Shown: piece after piece, positions 1 to 8,609 of the stretch
How the letters are laid out: each line of letters begins with the position of its first letter
Numbering within the stretch: the stretch's first letter is position 1
Origin: Methanocaldococcus jannaschii DSM 2661
Lineage (GTDB): Archaea; AGJL01; Methanococci; Methanococcales; Methanocaldococcaceae
DNA: 32,000 nucleotides
Direction of reading: 5' to 3'
Assembly: GCF_000091665.1 (NCBI RefSeq)
Contig: NC_000909.1
Location: forward strand, 820,712-852,711
The notes under the pieces: model-generated
Told to the model about the DNA's origin: nothing
Database searches by the model: none
Seen by the model: only the letters and a program-made list of their open reading frames with translations
Translations under genes and position numbers: made by a program

Positions 1-291
1 AAGTTTCAAGTGGGTGAAATTTCAAAAGATATAAAGAAATTGCCAATCTCTATAATGTTCCCAGAACAAGGATATTACTATATCTCAATAAAATCAGAAA
101 ATAGTAACTTAAAACTGATTGATGTAGAGAATGGAGAGGTTGTATATAAAAACACTACCTTAATTGAACTGTTTGAAAAAATTGATGGAAAAGAAAAAAC
201 CTACAACTTAATAGTTGAGTATAACGGTTCTGAGATACCTTCAGAAAAGGGGATTAATATTTCAATCTTTGAAATAAAGATAATAAAGTAA
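1..291 (+). CDS. C-terminal part of an uncharacterised protein, truncated by the window start
   Basis: The frame is open from base 1 (AAG TTT CAA GTG GGT GAA...) to TAA at 289-291, so the listed GTG at 10 is probably internal. Confidence 0.6.
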   Translation, partial: KFQVGEISKDIKKLPISIMFPEQGYYYISIKSENSNLKLIDVENGEVVYKNTTLIELFEKIDGKEKTYNLIVEYNGSEIPSEKGINISIFEIKIIK

Positions 292-303
292 AGTAGTTAA
301 TTA

Positions 304-717
304 TTATTCAATCTTCTTTTTGAGTTTGATTAATACATAAATAGCCTCTGCTATCTCCCGTATTCTACTAACTTCATCCTCTTCTTTTAGTTTCATTACT
401 AAATAGTTTATTTTATCCATTACTACCTTGTTTAAATCCAATATCTCATTAATTTCAGATTTTTTCCTCTCAATTTCATTTTTAATTTCTTTTTCATTTT
501 CACCTTTTTCAATTGTCTCTTTATTTTTCAATTTTTCACATATGGGGCAATATATCTTTCCATCCTTTTCAAATAATGGACATCCACACTTTGAACAGTG
601 AGTAGAAAGCATCTTTGCTCCTTTTAACAATTCATTAGATAAAACTTTTATTGCATCATCATTTTTCATGTTTTCACCAAAATTATAACATAAGTTGTCA
701 ATAACAGTTTTTATCAT
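304..717 (-). CDS. UPF0148 / Sjogren-syndrome-scleroderma autoantigen 1 family zinc-ribbon protein
   Basis: 137 aa containing HCSKCGCPLFEKDGKIYCPICEK (CxxC...CxxC), typical of this archaeal family. Confidence 0.75.
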   Translation of the reverse strand: MIKTVIDNLCYNFGENMKNDDAIKVLSNELLKGAKMLSTHCSKCGCPLFEKDGKIYCPICEKLKNKETIEKGENEKEIKNEIERKKSEINEILDLNKVVMDKINYLVMKLKEEDEVSRIREIAEAIYVLIKLKKKIE

Positions 718-850
718 GTTTATCCATTAGTTTATATAAATTTGGATTTGTTTAAATTTATTTGGCATAATCATTACGTTAATTTGCTATTTAAGATTCG
801 ACTATCGTTTTACCTACACAAACCTCTACATAAACACCGATAAAATTGAC

Positions 851-890
851 TACGCAATAAATTACGCAAAAAGAATATATTTTAAGAAAA
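851..890 (+). promoter_or_regulatory. Putative fla operon promoter: TATA-like AATATATTTTAAG preceded by two TACGCAA sites
   Basis: TACGCAA at 851-857 and 863-869 (12-bp spacing), then AATATATTTTAAG at about 874-886, ~110 bp upstream of flaB1. Confidence 0.4.
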
Positions 891-979
891 TTACAGTTTA
901 TAGTGAGGTGGATTGAGGAAAGTGTGGGGGAATTGTGTGGGGGAGGAAAATACTACAAGCAATTGAGGGATTAATATAC

Positions 980-1175
980 TCAGGTGATATGAGATGAAGG
1001 TCTTTGAGTTTTTAAAGGGTAAGAGGGGGGCCATGGGTATAGGAACTTTGATAATCTTCATAGCCATGGTCTTAGTCGCTGCAGTAGCAGCAGCAGTCTT
1101 AATTAACACAAGTGGATTCCTCCAACAAAAAGCAATGGCTACAGGTAAAGAAAGCACCGAACAAGTTGCAAGTGG
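980..1175 (+). repeat. Perfect 196-bp direct repeat, copy 1 (Shine-Dalgarno + start + N-terminal coding part of flaB1)
   Basis: Identical by eye to 1716-1911 (offset 736). Confidence 0.92.
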
Positions 1176-1647
1176 TTTAATGTGTATTGGAGTTACAGGA
1201 CACTATGACAAAACTTTAGGAGGTATTGACAAATTAGCTATCTATATAACTCCAAATGCAGGAAGTGCTCCAATTGACTTAAAGAATGCTAAGTTGTTCT
1301 TGATATATGATGGGGAATCACATGTTTTAAACTACAGTACAGTTACAACTGCAACTTTAGGGGCTGATGATATATTTAACTCATCAGCAATAACTGACTG
1401 GTCATTAGCAGATAGCTCATCATATGTTGTGGGGGTTATCCAAGATGCTGATGGTTCATTATCAAATGGCGTTATTAACAAAGGAGATATTGCAGTTTTA
1501 TTAGTTAATGCAAATGCAGTATTTAATAAGGCAATACCTACAAGATCAGAAGTCTCAGGACAGTTCCAGCCAGAATTTGGTGCTCCAGCAGTTATCCAAT
1601 TTACAACACCAGCTGCATATACACAAACTGTAATTGAGTTACAATAA
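994..1647 (+). CDS. flaB1: Major archaellin FlaB1/ArlB1
   Basis: Class III signal peptide KGKRG|[29 protein letters not shown] and C-terminal [17 protein letters not shown]. Shine-Dalgarno AGGTGAT just upstream of the ATG. Confidence 0.97.
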   Translation: MKVFEFLKGKRGAMGIGTLIIFIAMVLVAAVAAAVLINTSGFLQQKAMATGKESTEQVASGLMCIGVTGHYDKTLGGIDKLAIYITPNAGSAPIDLKNAKLFLIYDGESHVLNYSTVTTATLGADDIFNSSAITDWSLADSSSYVVGVIQDADGSLSNGVINKGDIAVLLVNANAVFNKAIPTRSEVSGQFQPEFGAPAVIQFTTPAAYTQTVIELQ

Positions 1648-1715
1648 ATTCCTAATCAAAATTGACTCCACATCCTAAAAAGTGTAATTAACTTAAATAT
1701 CTTAAATAACAACTT

Positions 1716-1911
1716 TCAGGTGATATGAGATGAAGGTCTTTGAGTTTTTAAAGGGTAAGAGGGGGGCCATGGGTATAGGAACTTTGATAATCTTCATAGC
1801 CATGGTCTTAGTCGCTGCAGTAGCAGCAGCAGTCTTAATTAACACAAGTGGATTCCTCCAACAAAAAGCAATGGCTACAGGTAAAGAAAGCACCGAACAA
1901 GTTGCAAGTGG
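1716..1911 (+). repeat. Perfect 196-bp direct repeat, copy 2 (start region of flaB2)
   Basis: Identical by eye to 980-1175. Confidence 0.92.
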
Positions 1912-2383
1912 GCTTTCAACACTTCAAGTAATTGGAATACATGATAACAAAGCTATCAATTATTTAGCTATCTATATAACTCCAAATGCAGGAAGTGCAG
2001 CAATAGACTTAAATCAAACTAAGATATTAATTACTGACGGTGAAAAGAAAGCTGTATTAAGATATAATTCAAATGCATATGCAGATTTAACAACTGGAGG
2101 AGAAGTTACTAATACTTCTCTTGCTGCATGGAATTTAAGTGGTGGAGAATTTGGAATAATTGTCTTGCAAGATGCTGATGGTTCATGTAAGAGTACAACC
2201 CCAGTAATTAACAAAGGAGATATAGTTGCTTTAACAATAAATGCTTCAGCAGTTGGACTTAACTTAGTCCCAAGAACAACAGTAACTGGTTCAGTAATTC
2301 CAGAATTTGGTGCTCCAGCAGTTATTGAATTCACAACACCAGCTGCATACTTAAGCACACAAGAAGTAATACAATTACAATAA
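1730..2383 (+). CDS. flaB2: Archaellin FlaB2/ArlB2
   Basis: Same N-terminus as FlaB1, diverged central region, C-terminal [17 protein letters not shown]. Confidence 0.97.
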   Translation: MKVFEFLKGKRGAMGIGTLIIFIAMVLVAAVAAAVLINTSGFLQQKAMATGKESTEQVASGLSTLQVIGIHDNKAINYLAIYITPNAGSAAIDLNQTKILITDGEKKAVLRYNSNAYADLTTGGEVTNTSLAAWNLSGGEFGIIVLQDADGSCKSTTPVINKGDIVALTINASAVGLNLVPRTTVTGSVIPEFGAPAVIEFTTPAAYLSTQEVIQLQ

Positions 2384-2485
2384 GCCCCTAATTTAATTTT
2401 TTTTATTGGATGTTTGGATTGTGAAATTCCATTATATAATTTAGTGATATAATATAAATATTTTTTGAGATTGAGGTGGCCAAAT

Positions 2486-3136
2486 ATGTTGTTAGACTAT
2501 ATTAAAAGTCGCCGAGGGGCAATTGGTATAGGTACGCTTATCATTTTCATCGCTTTAGTATTAGTCGCTGCAGTAGCAGCGGCAGTTATAATAAACACGG
2601 CAGCCAACCTTCAGCACAAAGCTGCGAGGGTTGGTGAGGAAAGTACAAGACAGGTAGCGAGTGGAATACAAGTATTAAAGATTACTGGTTATGCGGTAAA
2701 TACAAAAAATATAACAAAGCTTGCAATACTTGTGTCCCCAAATGTTGGGGATGAAATTGATTTATCATCTACAATAGTTACCATATCAAATGGGGATTAT
2801 AAAGCTTCATTAGTTTATGGAGGACAAATTACTTATGTAAATACTAATGGAACTAGGGACATATTTAATGAATCTTGGCCAAATATTGCCAATCCAACAA
2901 CAGAATTTGGAGTAATTGTCTTACAAGATGCTGATGGTTCTATGAACAATACCGAGCATCCAACAATGAACTTTGGAGATAAAGCCATAATTGCTATAAA
3001 TGTTGGAGATGTGTTTGGAGGTATTATGCCAAGAGAGAGAATATATGGAGAAGTTATTCCAGAATTTGGAGCTTCTGGAATTATCGAGTTTAGAGCACCA
3101 TCAACATTTAGTGAGCATGTAGTTACACTTCAATAA
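2486..3136 (+). CDS. flaB3: Archaellin FlaB3/ArlB3
   Basis: KSRRG|[23 protein letters not shown] signal peptide. The ATG at 2486 has GAGGTGG upstream, so the track start TTG at 2465 is probably too early. Confidence 0.93.
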   Translation: MLLDYIKSRRGAIGIGTLIIFIALVLVAAVAAAVIINTAANLQHKAARVGEESTRQVASGIQVLKITGYAVNTKNITKLAILVSPNVGDEIDLSSTIVTISNGDYKASLVYGGQITYVNTNGTRDIFNESWPNIANPTTEFGVIVLQDADGSMNNTEHPTMNFGDKAIIAINVGDVFGGIMPRERIYGEVIPEFGASGIIEFRAPSTFSEHVVTLQ

Positions 3137-3147
3137 ATTCTATTTAA

Positions 3148-3174
3148 TTTAAGTGTTTTACACTTAAACTTTTT
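3148..3174 (+). terminator. Stem-loop followed by T5, candidate attenuator/terminator between flaB3 and flaC
   Basis: TTTAAGTGT (3148-3156), TTT loop, ACACTTAAA (3160-3168), C, TTTTT (3170-3174). The 9-bp stem is perfect. Confidence 0.5.
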
Positions 3175-3187
3175 AAGGTGAATCCTT

Positions 3188-3777
3188 ATGGGGTTAAAAG
3201 ATATAATCGCCTCAATAAAAAATAAGATTCCAAAATTAAAAAAAAAGAAAAAAAATTAGATGAAGGACCTCCTGAAGAGGAGGAAAATTTACTGGAAGAC
3301 CCATTAGAAACTGAAAAATACGAGGAACTTGAACAAACAGTTAAAGACTTAATGGAAACCACAGAAGGTTTGTTAGCGAAAGTTAATGATATTGAATCCA
3401 AACTACCAAAGTTAGAATCTTCAATAAACAACTTAAGAAAAGAAAATGAAATGCTAAGAGTTGAACTTAATAAGATTAATGAAAATTTGCAGGATATAAT
3501 GGCTCTCTATGAAGTTGTATCAAATCAAATAAATCCCTTTATTGGGGTCTCAAAAATTACTGCAACAAGCTTAGAAAAACTTGAGAGATTAGAAACAGAA
3601 TATAAAAGACTTAAAAAAACTGTTGAAGAGCTTACAAATGATTTAATAATTCTTGGTTCTCTCTATTTGCACCAACTTGATATTAATCTTGATGAAATTA
3701 TTGAAGAGGTTTTGGAGGAGGAGATTATAAAGTCAATGTCCGGGGAGGATACTCATGATACAAAAGACAATAAGTGA
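3188..3777 (+). CDS. flaC: Archaellum accessory protein FlaC/ArlC in two overlapping frames (3188-3259, then the -1 frame to 3777)
   Basis: ATG at 3188 with Shine-Dalgarno AAGGTGA encodes MGLKDIIASIKNKIPKLKKKKKN* (TAG 3257-3259). The -1 frame, open from 3226, encodes ..KKLDEGPPEEEENLLEDPLETEKYEELEQTVKDLMETTEG.. to 3777. Its position between flaB3 and flaD, and its coiled-coil content, fit FlaC. Confidence 0.75.
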
Positions 3778-4783
3778 AACATCACCCCCTCCTATGTTCT
3801 CTGATGAGGAGATTCTTACAGAGGATGAAATTGAGGAATATTTGGATAATTTAAAATCAAAATTGCCATCTTTTGTTATCATCCTATTAAAAAACAATTT
3901 AAGAGGTAAGAGGGTTACAAAAAAACAGCTGGATAAGATTGTTGAGAGGATTACAGAGGTTCTATCAAAAGGAAGAAGGGATGATAAAACAGAAGAGCTC
4001 AATAAAAAGCTTCAAACTCTTGAACAGAAGCTTGATGCTATAATGAAACTTACTACAATGGCTGTTTCAACAAAAACTTCAGAAGAAATTGAAAAAATTA
4101 AAACTAATGAGAAAATAGAAATAGAAAATGCTCCTATTAAAATTAAAAGTGAAGAAAAACCTGAAAAGCCGGTAGAAATTGAAGTAAGTAAGAAAAAAGA
4201 GACTATGGATACTGGTAAAAAAACTGAAACTGAAGAGAAAGTTAAAGAGATTGAGGTTCCTAAACCTGTAGAAAAAACCCATGAAAAAGTTGAAGAAACT
4301 AAGACTAAGGGGGAGATTAAGAAAGAAGTCAAAAAAGAAGTTAAATTAAAAAAATATGAGCTACCTAAAGAATCACCTATGGGGGGAAGCTTTATGACAC
4401 CTATTGAAGAAGAGAAAGAATATAGATTGAATGACATTCCTGAAGATGCTGTTTCCATGACACTGGTATTTAAATGGCTGGAATTTTTGATTAGTAGGGG
4501 CGGTATGACATATTTACCAGACATTTTAGACTATTACAATAAGATTGGATGGATATCCAACAGAGTTATATTAAAGCTATTAAGATTTGCTAAGAATATG
4601 AAAATAACATTTGATGAGGAAGAATTAAGACCAAGGGATAAGCTATCACCAAGCGACCATATAGTGTCTCTCCTATATATAGAAAAGCTTGCAGGAAGAC
4701 CAATAGATTCCGAGATTCTTGAGATGTTGGAGATAGAAATTAGGAGAATAAAAAAATGGGCTATAGAATTACAATCAATCTAA
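3755..4783 (+). CDS. flaD: Archaellum accessory protein FlaD/ArlD
   Basis: Lys/Glu-rich N-terminus plus a C-terminal FlaD/FlaE domain (FKWLEFLISRGGMTYLPDILDYYNKIGWIS). Overlaps the flaC end by 23 nt. Confidence 0.9.
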   Translation: MIQKTISETSPPPMFSDEEILTEDEIEEYLDNLKSKLPSFVIILLKNNLRGKRVTKKQLDKIVERITEVLSKGRRDDKTEELNKKLQTLEQKLDAIMKLTTMAVSTKTSEEIEKIKTNEKIEIENAPIKIKSEEKPEKPVEIEVSKKKETMDTGKKTETEEKVKEIEVPKPVEKTHEKVEETKTKGEIKKEVKKEVKLKKYELPKESPMGGSFMTPIEEEKEYRLNDIPEDAVSMTLVFKWLEFLISRGGMTYLPDILDYYNKIGWISNRVILKLLRFAKNMKITFDEEELRPRDKLSPSDHIVSLLYIEKLAGRPIDSEILEMLEIEIRRIKKWAIELQSI

Positions 4784-4839
4784 AAATATGCTATTAAGAT
4801 TATAAGCTTATCTAAAAAATTGTGGGGGAGGTGTTTAAA

Positions 4840-5244
4840 ATGGATGGATTAGCTTCAACAATATTGGAAGTTCATAAACCTGCTAAATTAGAGGACATTC
4901 CTGATGAGGACCCAATTGCGATTATATTAGCATTAAAATGGTTGGAGTATTTATGTGAGAGAGCAGGCGTTGAAAATGTGTCTGATATATTAGATTTCTA
5001 CTACATGTTAGGATGGCTGGGAGATAAAGCATTAGCAAAACTATTAAAATTCTTAAAGGGAATAAAAGTTGATGAAGAAAATGTAGTGGAAGGGTCAGGG
5101 AAATTAAATATTACTGACCATATAATATCACTTCTATTCATTGAAAGATTAAATGGAAAAAAGATATCTGCTGAACTATTAGATAAAATTGAATGGGAAT
5201 TAAGAAAAATAAAGAAGGGGGCTGAACAGTTCTATGGGATTTAG
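4840..5244 (+). CDS. flaE: Archaellum accessory protein FlaE/ArlE
   Basis: LKWLEYLCERAGVENVSDILDFYYMLGWLG is homologous to the FlaD C-terminus. Shine-Dalgarno GGGGGAGGTG sits before the ATG at 4840; the track start at 4822 lies in the ribosome-binding region. Confidence 0.9.
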   Translation: MDGLASTILEVHKPAKLEDIPDEDPIAIILALKWLEYLCERAGVENVSDILDFYYMLGWLGDKALAKLLKFLKGIKVDEENVVEGSGKLNITDHIISLLFIERLNGKKISAELLDKIEWELRKIKKGAEQFYGI

Positions 5245-5653
5245 TTCAGTAGTAGGGGCAACAGTAATGATTATTGCATTGCTTGTATGTGGAGCATATC
5301 TTTATGTGACAATGGACAGTTATTATGAAAATGTTGATGAGGCTTATACAACGTATTACAGCCATGTACATGCCAAATTAAATGAAAAGTTAGTAATTAC
5401 TGATGTTAAAAGCAGTACATCCCAAACAAATATAACCATCTATAATAACGGTTCAGTTGTAGTAGAACCGGACAAATTTACCATACTGTTTGATGGCACT
5501 GTAGTGCCAGAAGAAAATATTTCTTATTATCCTAAACTGAAAAAGTATCTCGTCCCATTGGATAGTATAACGATTGTAGTAAATTGGACACAGCCGAGTA
5601 GGATATGTATAGTTTCAGATAATGGTAATAAGTATTTCTATTCATTAACATAA
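5234..5653 (+). CDS. flaF: Archaellum stator/periplasmic protein FlaF/ArlF
   Basis: Single N-terminal transmembrane helix (MGFSSVVGATVMIIALLVCGAYLYV), beta-rich remainder, order in operon. Confidence 0.88.
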   Translation: MGFSSVVGATVMIIALLVCGAYLYVTMDSYYENVDEAYTTYYSHVHAKLNEKLVITDVKSSTSQTNITIYNNGSVVVEPDKFTILFDGTVVPEENISYYPKLKKYLVPLDSITIVVNWTQPSRICIVSDNGNKYFYSLT

Positions 5654-5758
5654 ACTTGGCGACCCCTGCATGATTTATTATTATTTCATATTAATTACTT
5701 CATCACATTTACTTCTTTATTAAAAAATTAAAGATAAATCTGACTTGGTGGGTTTAGG

Positions 5759-6223
5759 GTGATTTATTTGGCATCAAGTGCAATGTCTGAAATAGTTATG
5801 TTCGTTGCTGTGTTGTTAATCGCTGCATTTGTAGCAGGGATTTTAACGACCTCTACCTATAAGATTTCTTTAAATATTAATAAAAAGGGTGATGCATTAG
5901 CTACAAAGCTATCTCAAGATTTTGAGATTATAAATGATCCAGGAGATATTGTTAGAAATTCTTCAGCAGGTACTATTGCCCTTTACATTAAAAATACTGG
6001 TAAAGACCCAATTATATTTACGAATGATTCATTTACAGTAATTATTGATGGAAGTATTGTAGAAATAAATACTACTAATCAGTTAACATCTCCTGGGAGT
6101 AATATATTATCTCCTGGAGATGTGGGGGAGATTGTTGTAAATTATAACGAAACTGGATACCATAGGATAAAAGTTATTTCTGAATGTGGGATTTCAAGGA
6201 TAATTAGGGGTTATATTTCCTAA
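5759..6223 (+). CDS. flaG: Archaellum stator/periplasmic protein FlaG/ArlG
   Basis: N-terminal hydrophobic helix IVMFVAVLLIAAFVAGILTTSTYKIS, order in operon. Start is GTG 5759 or a later codon. Confidence 0.88.
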   Translation: MIYLASSAMSEIVMFVAVLLIAAFVAGILTTSTYKISLNINKKGDALATKLSQDFEIINDPGDIVRNSSAGTIALYIKNTGKDPIIFTNDSFTVIIDGSIVEINTTNQLTSPGSNILSPGDVGEIVVNYNETGYHRIKVISECGISRIIRGYIS

Positions 6224-6241
6224 ATTCTTTAGGTGGGGATT

Positions 6242-6934
6242 ATGGAATTAGCAAGAATTGATTTAAGTAGAGATGATTTGGATAAAAGAATTGGGGGTGG
6301 TATTCCACATGGTAGCTTGATAATAATTGAGGGAGAGGAGAGTACAGGTAAATCTGTCTTATGCCAGAGGTTGGCATATGGATTTTTACAGAATAGATAC
6401 TCAGTAACATACGTTTCTACTCAACTCACAACTTTAGAATTTATAAAACAGATGAATTCTTTGAATTATTCAATCAATAAAAAGTTGTTATCAGGAGCTT
6501 TATTATATATTCCAGTTTATCCGCTAATTGCTGATAATAAAAAAAAGGATGGATTTTTAAAAAAAGTTATGGAAACAAGAGCATTTTATGAAAAAGATGT
6601 TATCATATTTGATTCAATATCTGCATTAATTGCAAACGATGCCAGTGAAGTTAATGTTGATGATTTAATGGCTTTTTTTAAGAGAATTACAGCTTTAAAG
6701 AAAATAATAATTTGCACAGTAAATCCAAAAGAATTGCCAGAATCGGTTTTAACTATTATAAGAACATCAGCAACAATGTTAATAAGAACTGAGTTATTTA
6801 CATTTGGGGGGGATTTAAAGAACTTAGCCAAGATATTAAAATACAATATGGCTCCTGGGTCATATCAGAAAAATATTGTGTTTAGAGTTGAGCCTAAGAT
6901 TGGTATCGCTGTTGAAATTGCATCTGTTGCATAA
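6242..6934 (+). CDS. flaH: RecA-like ATP-binding protein FlaH/ArlH
   Basis: Walker A-like GEESTGKS and RecA/KaiC-like fold motifs. ATG at 6242 preceded by AGGTGGGG. Confidence 0.92.
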   Translation: MELARIDLSRDDLDKRIGGGIPHGSLIIIEGEESTGKSVLCQRLAYGFLQNRYSVTYVSTQLTTLEFIKQMNSLNYSINKKLLSGALLYIPVYPLIADNKKKDGFLKKVMETRAFYEKDVIIFDSISALIANDASEVNVDDLMAFFKRITALKKIIICTVNPKELPESVLTIIRTSATMLIRTELFTFGGDLKNLAKILKYNMAPGSYQKNIVFRVEPKIGIAVEIASVA

Positions 6935-6955
6935 TTGTAGATTTTGGTGATAATA

Positions 6956-8599
6956 ATGAGTGAAGCGGAATTAAAAGAAGCAATGAAACGAAATCCGCAT
7001 TTACGAAGATACATCGAGAACTTTAAAAGAACCTATATGCGAATCCCAGACTTTATGGTCTCACTCTCAAGAGAATTAAAGGAGCTAAAATATCCAAATA
7101 TTATCTATCCCGTTGGAGACCCAATCTTTATTCATATATTTGGAACTCCAGAAACAAAGACAAAATATATCGTTATTGAACCAACATTAGAAACTGCCGA
7201 AGAAAAATTAAAGTATAAAATGATATTAAACAAAATTTTAGAGCTCGCCCCTTATGAAGAAACTCCTAAGAGTGTAGAAGAGTTTGAAGAGGTTTTAACG
7301 AGATTATTTAATGCCTGTACAAAGGTTACTGAGGCAGTTGGGGAGGAGGGGTTTTTTCAAAGAATATTTAGGTTTGCAGACAATAAAATTAAAATCACAC
7401 CAGAGGAGAGAGATAAATTCCTTTACATATTAAAGAGGGATTTAATAGGTTTAGGTAATCTTGAGCCCATTGGTAGAGACCCATACTTAGAGGATATTCA
7501 CGTTATCGGTCCAAAAAATTGTCATGTTGTTCACAAAATTTTTGGAATGTTACCTACAAATATTACATGGGAAGATGAGATTGAACTTGCAGATTATTTA
7601 AAAAATTTAGGAGAACGAATGGGTAGGCCAGTTTCAGATGCTAACCCAATAGTTGATGGAACACTACCAGATGGTTCAAGGATTAACATTATCTACTCTA
7701 CAGATGTCTCTCCAAAGGGTCCATCATTTACAATTAGGAAATTCACAGATGTTCCTATCAGTGTTACACAACTTATTAGCTGGGGGACATTCTCAACTGA
7801 AGTTGCAGCATATTTATGGCTATGTTTAGAGTATGGTATGAGTATCTTTATTTGTGGGGAGACAGCATCAGGTAAAACAACAACATTAAACGCAATCTTA
7901 CCATTTATAAAACCAAATTCAAAGATATTCTCTTGTGAAGACACTCCAGAAGTTAAACCACCTCATCCAGTATGGCAGCAGTTAGTTACAAGAGAGAGAG
8001 GGCCAGAGGAGAGTAGAGTTACACTCTTTGATTTGTTGAGGGCTGCATTGAGGTCAAGACCTAACTATATTATTGTTGGAGAGATTAGAAGTGTCGAGGC
8101 AGCAGTTGCTTTCCAGGCTATGCAGACTGGACACCCTGTTCTCTCAACTTTCCACGCAGCTAATGTTAGAAAGATGATACAGAGGTTGAATGGAGACCCA
8201 ATCAATGTCCCATTAACATTTATGGATAACTTAAACGTTGCACTCTTCCAGCTTGCCGTCTATCAGAGAGGTAAGGTTTTGAGAAGAGTAGTTTCTATTG
8301 AAGAAATTGAGGGGTATTATAAAGAGGTAGATGGAGTCGTTACAAGGGCGGTGTTCCAATGGGAGCCAGATAAAGACAGGCATGTATTTACTGGAAGAAA
8401 TAACAGTTATGTCTTAGAGGAGAAGATAGCTAAGGCAGCGGGATATGAAGACCCAAGAGATATTTACAATGAGTTAGAATTAAGAGCAAGAATCTTAGAG
8501 GAAATGATTGCAAGAGAAATTTTCGATTACTACCAAGTTAGAGATATAATATGGGCATTTTACGAAAAAGGATTGGAGGGACTTCCATTCCCAATCTGA
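6956..8599 (+). CDS. flaI: Archaellum assembly/rotation ATPase FlaI/ArlI
   Basis: Type II/IV secretion ATPase: GETASGKTTTLNAILPF Walker A, GEIRSVEAAVAFQAMQTGHPVLSTFHA. ATG at 6956 preceded by GGTGA. Confidence 0.95.
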   Translation: MSEAELKEAMKRNPHLRRYIENFKRTYMRIPDFMVSLSRELKELKYPNIIYPVGDPIFIHIFGTPETKTKYIVIEPTLETAEEKLKYKMILNKILELAPYEETPKSVEEFEEVLTRLFNACTKVTEAVGEEGFFQRIFRFADNKIKITPEERDKFLYILKRDLIGLGNLEPIGRDPYLEDIHVIGPKNCHVVHKIFGMLPTNITWEDEIELADYLKNLGERMGRPVSDANPIVDGTLPDGSRINIIYSTDVSPKGPSFTIRKFTDVPISVTQLISWGTFSTEVAAYLWLCLEYGMSIFICGETASGKTTTLNAILPFIKPNSKIFSCEDTPEVKPPHPVWQQLVTRERGPEESRVTLFDLLRAALRSRPNYIIVGEIRSVEAAVAFQAMQTGHPVLSTFHAANVRKMIQRLNGDPINVPLTFMDNLNVALFQLAVYQRGKVLRRVVSIEEIEGYYKEVDGVVTRAVFQWEPDKDRHVFTGRNNSYVLEEKIAKAAGYEDPRDIYNELELRARILEEMIAREIFDYYQVRDIIWAFYEKGLEGLPFPI

Positions 8600-8609
8600 G
8601 GTGGTTATT

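Noticed and set aside
891-1893. Minus-strand ORFs 891-1157 and 1702-1893 with near-identical proteins ([29 protein letters not shown]...)
   Set aside because: They are antisense shadows of the conserved flaB1/flaB2 N-terminal repeat; their similarity follows from the 196-bp DNA repeat.
3352-3777. Annotating FlaC as starting at the ATG at 3352
   Set aside because: It lacks a Shine-Dalgarno and leaves a protein-like upstream coding segment plus a Shine-Dalgarno-preceded ATG at 3188 unexplained.
2014-4524. Long minus-strand ORFs opposite flaB2, flaC and flaD (2014-2358, 3186-3431, 3733-4002, 4012-4524, 4079-4282)
   Set aside because: Low-complexity Ser/Phe/Leu-rich translations antisense to well-supported Lys/Glu-rich genes.
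5221-5244. flaE/flaF overlap as a possible recoding site
   Set aside because: flaF has its own ATG at 5234 and both proteins look complete, so this is ordinary gene overlap.
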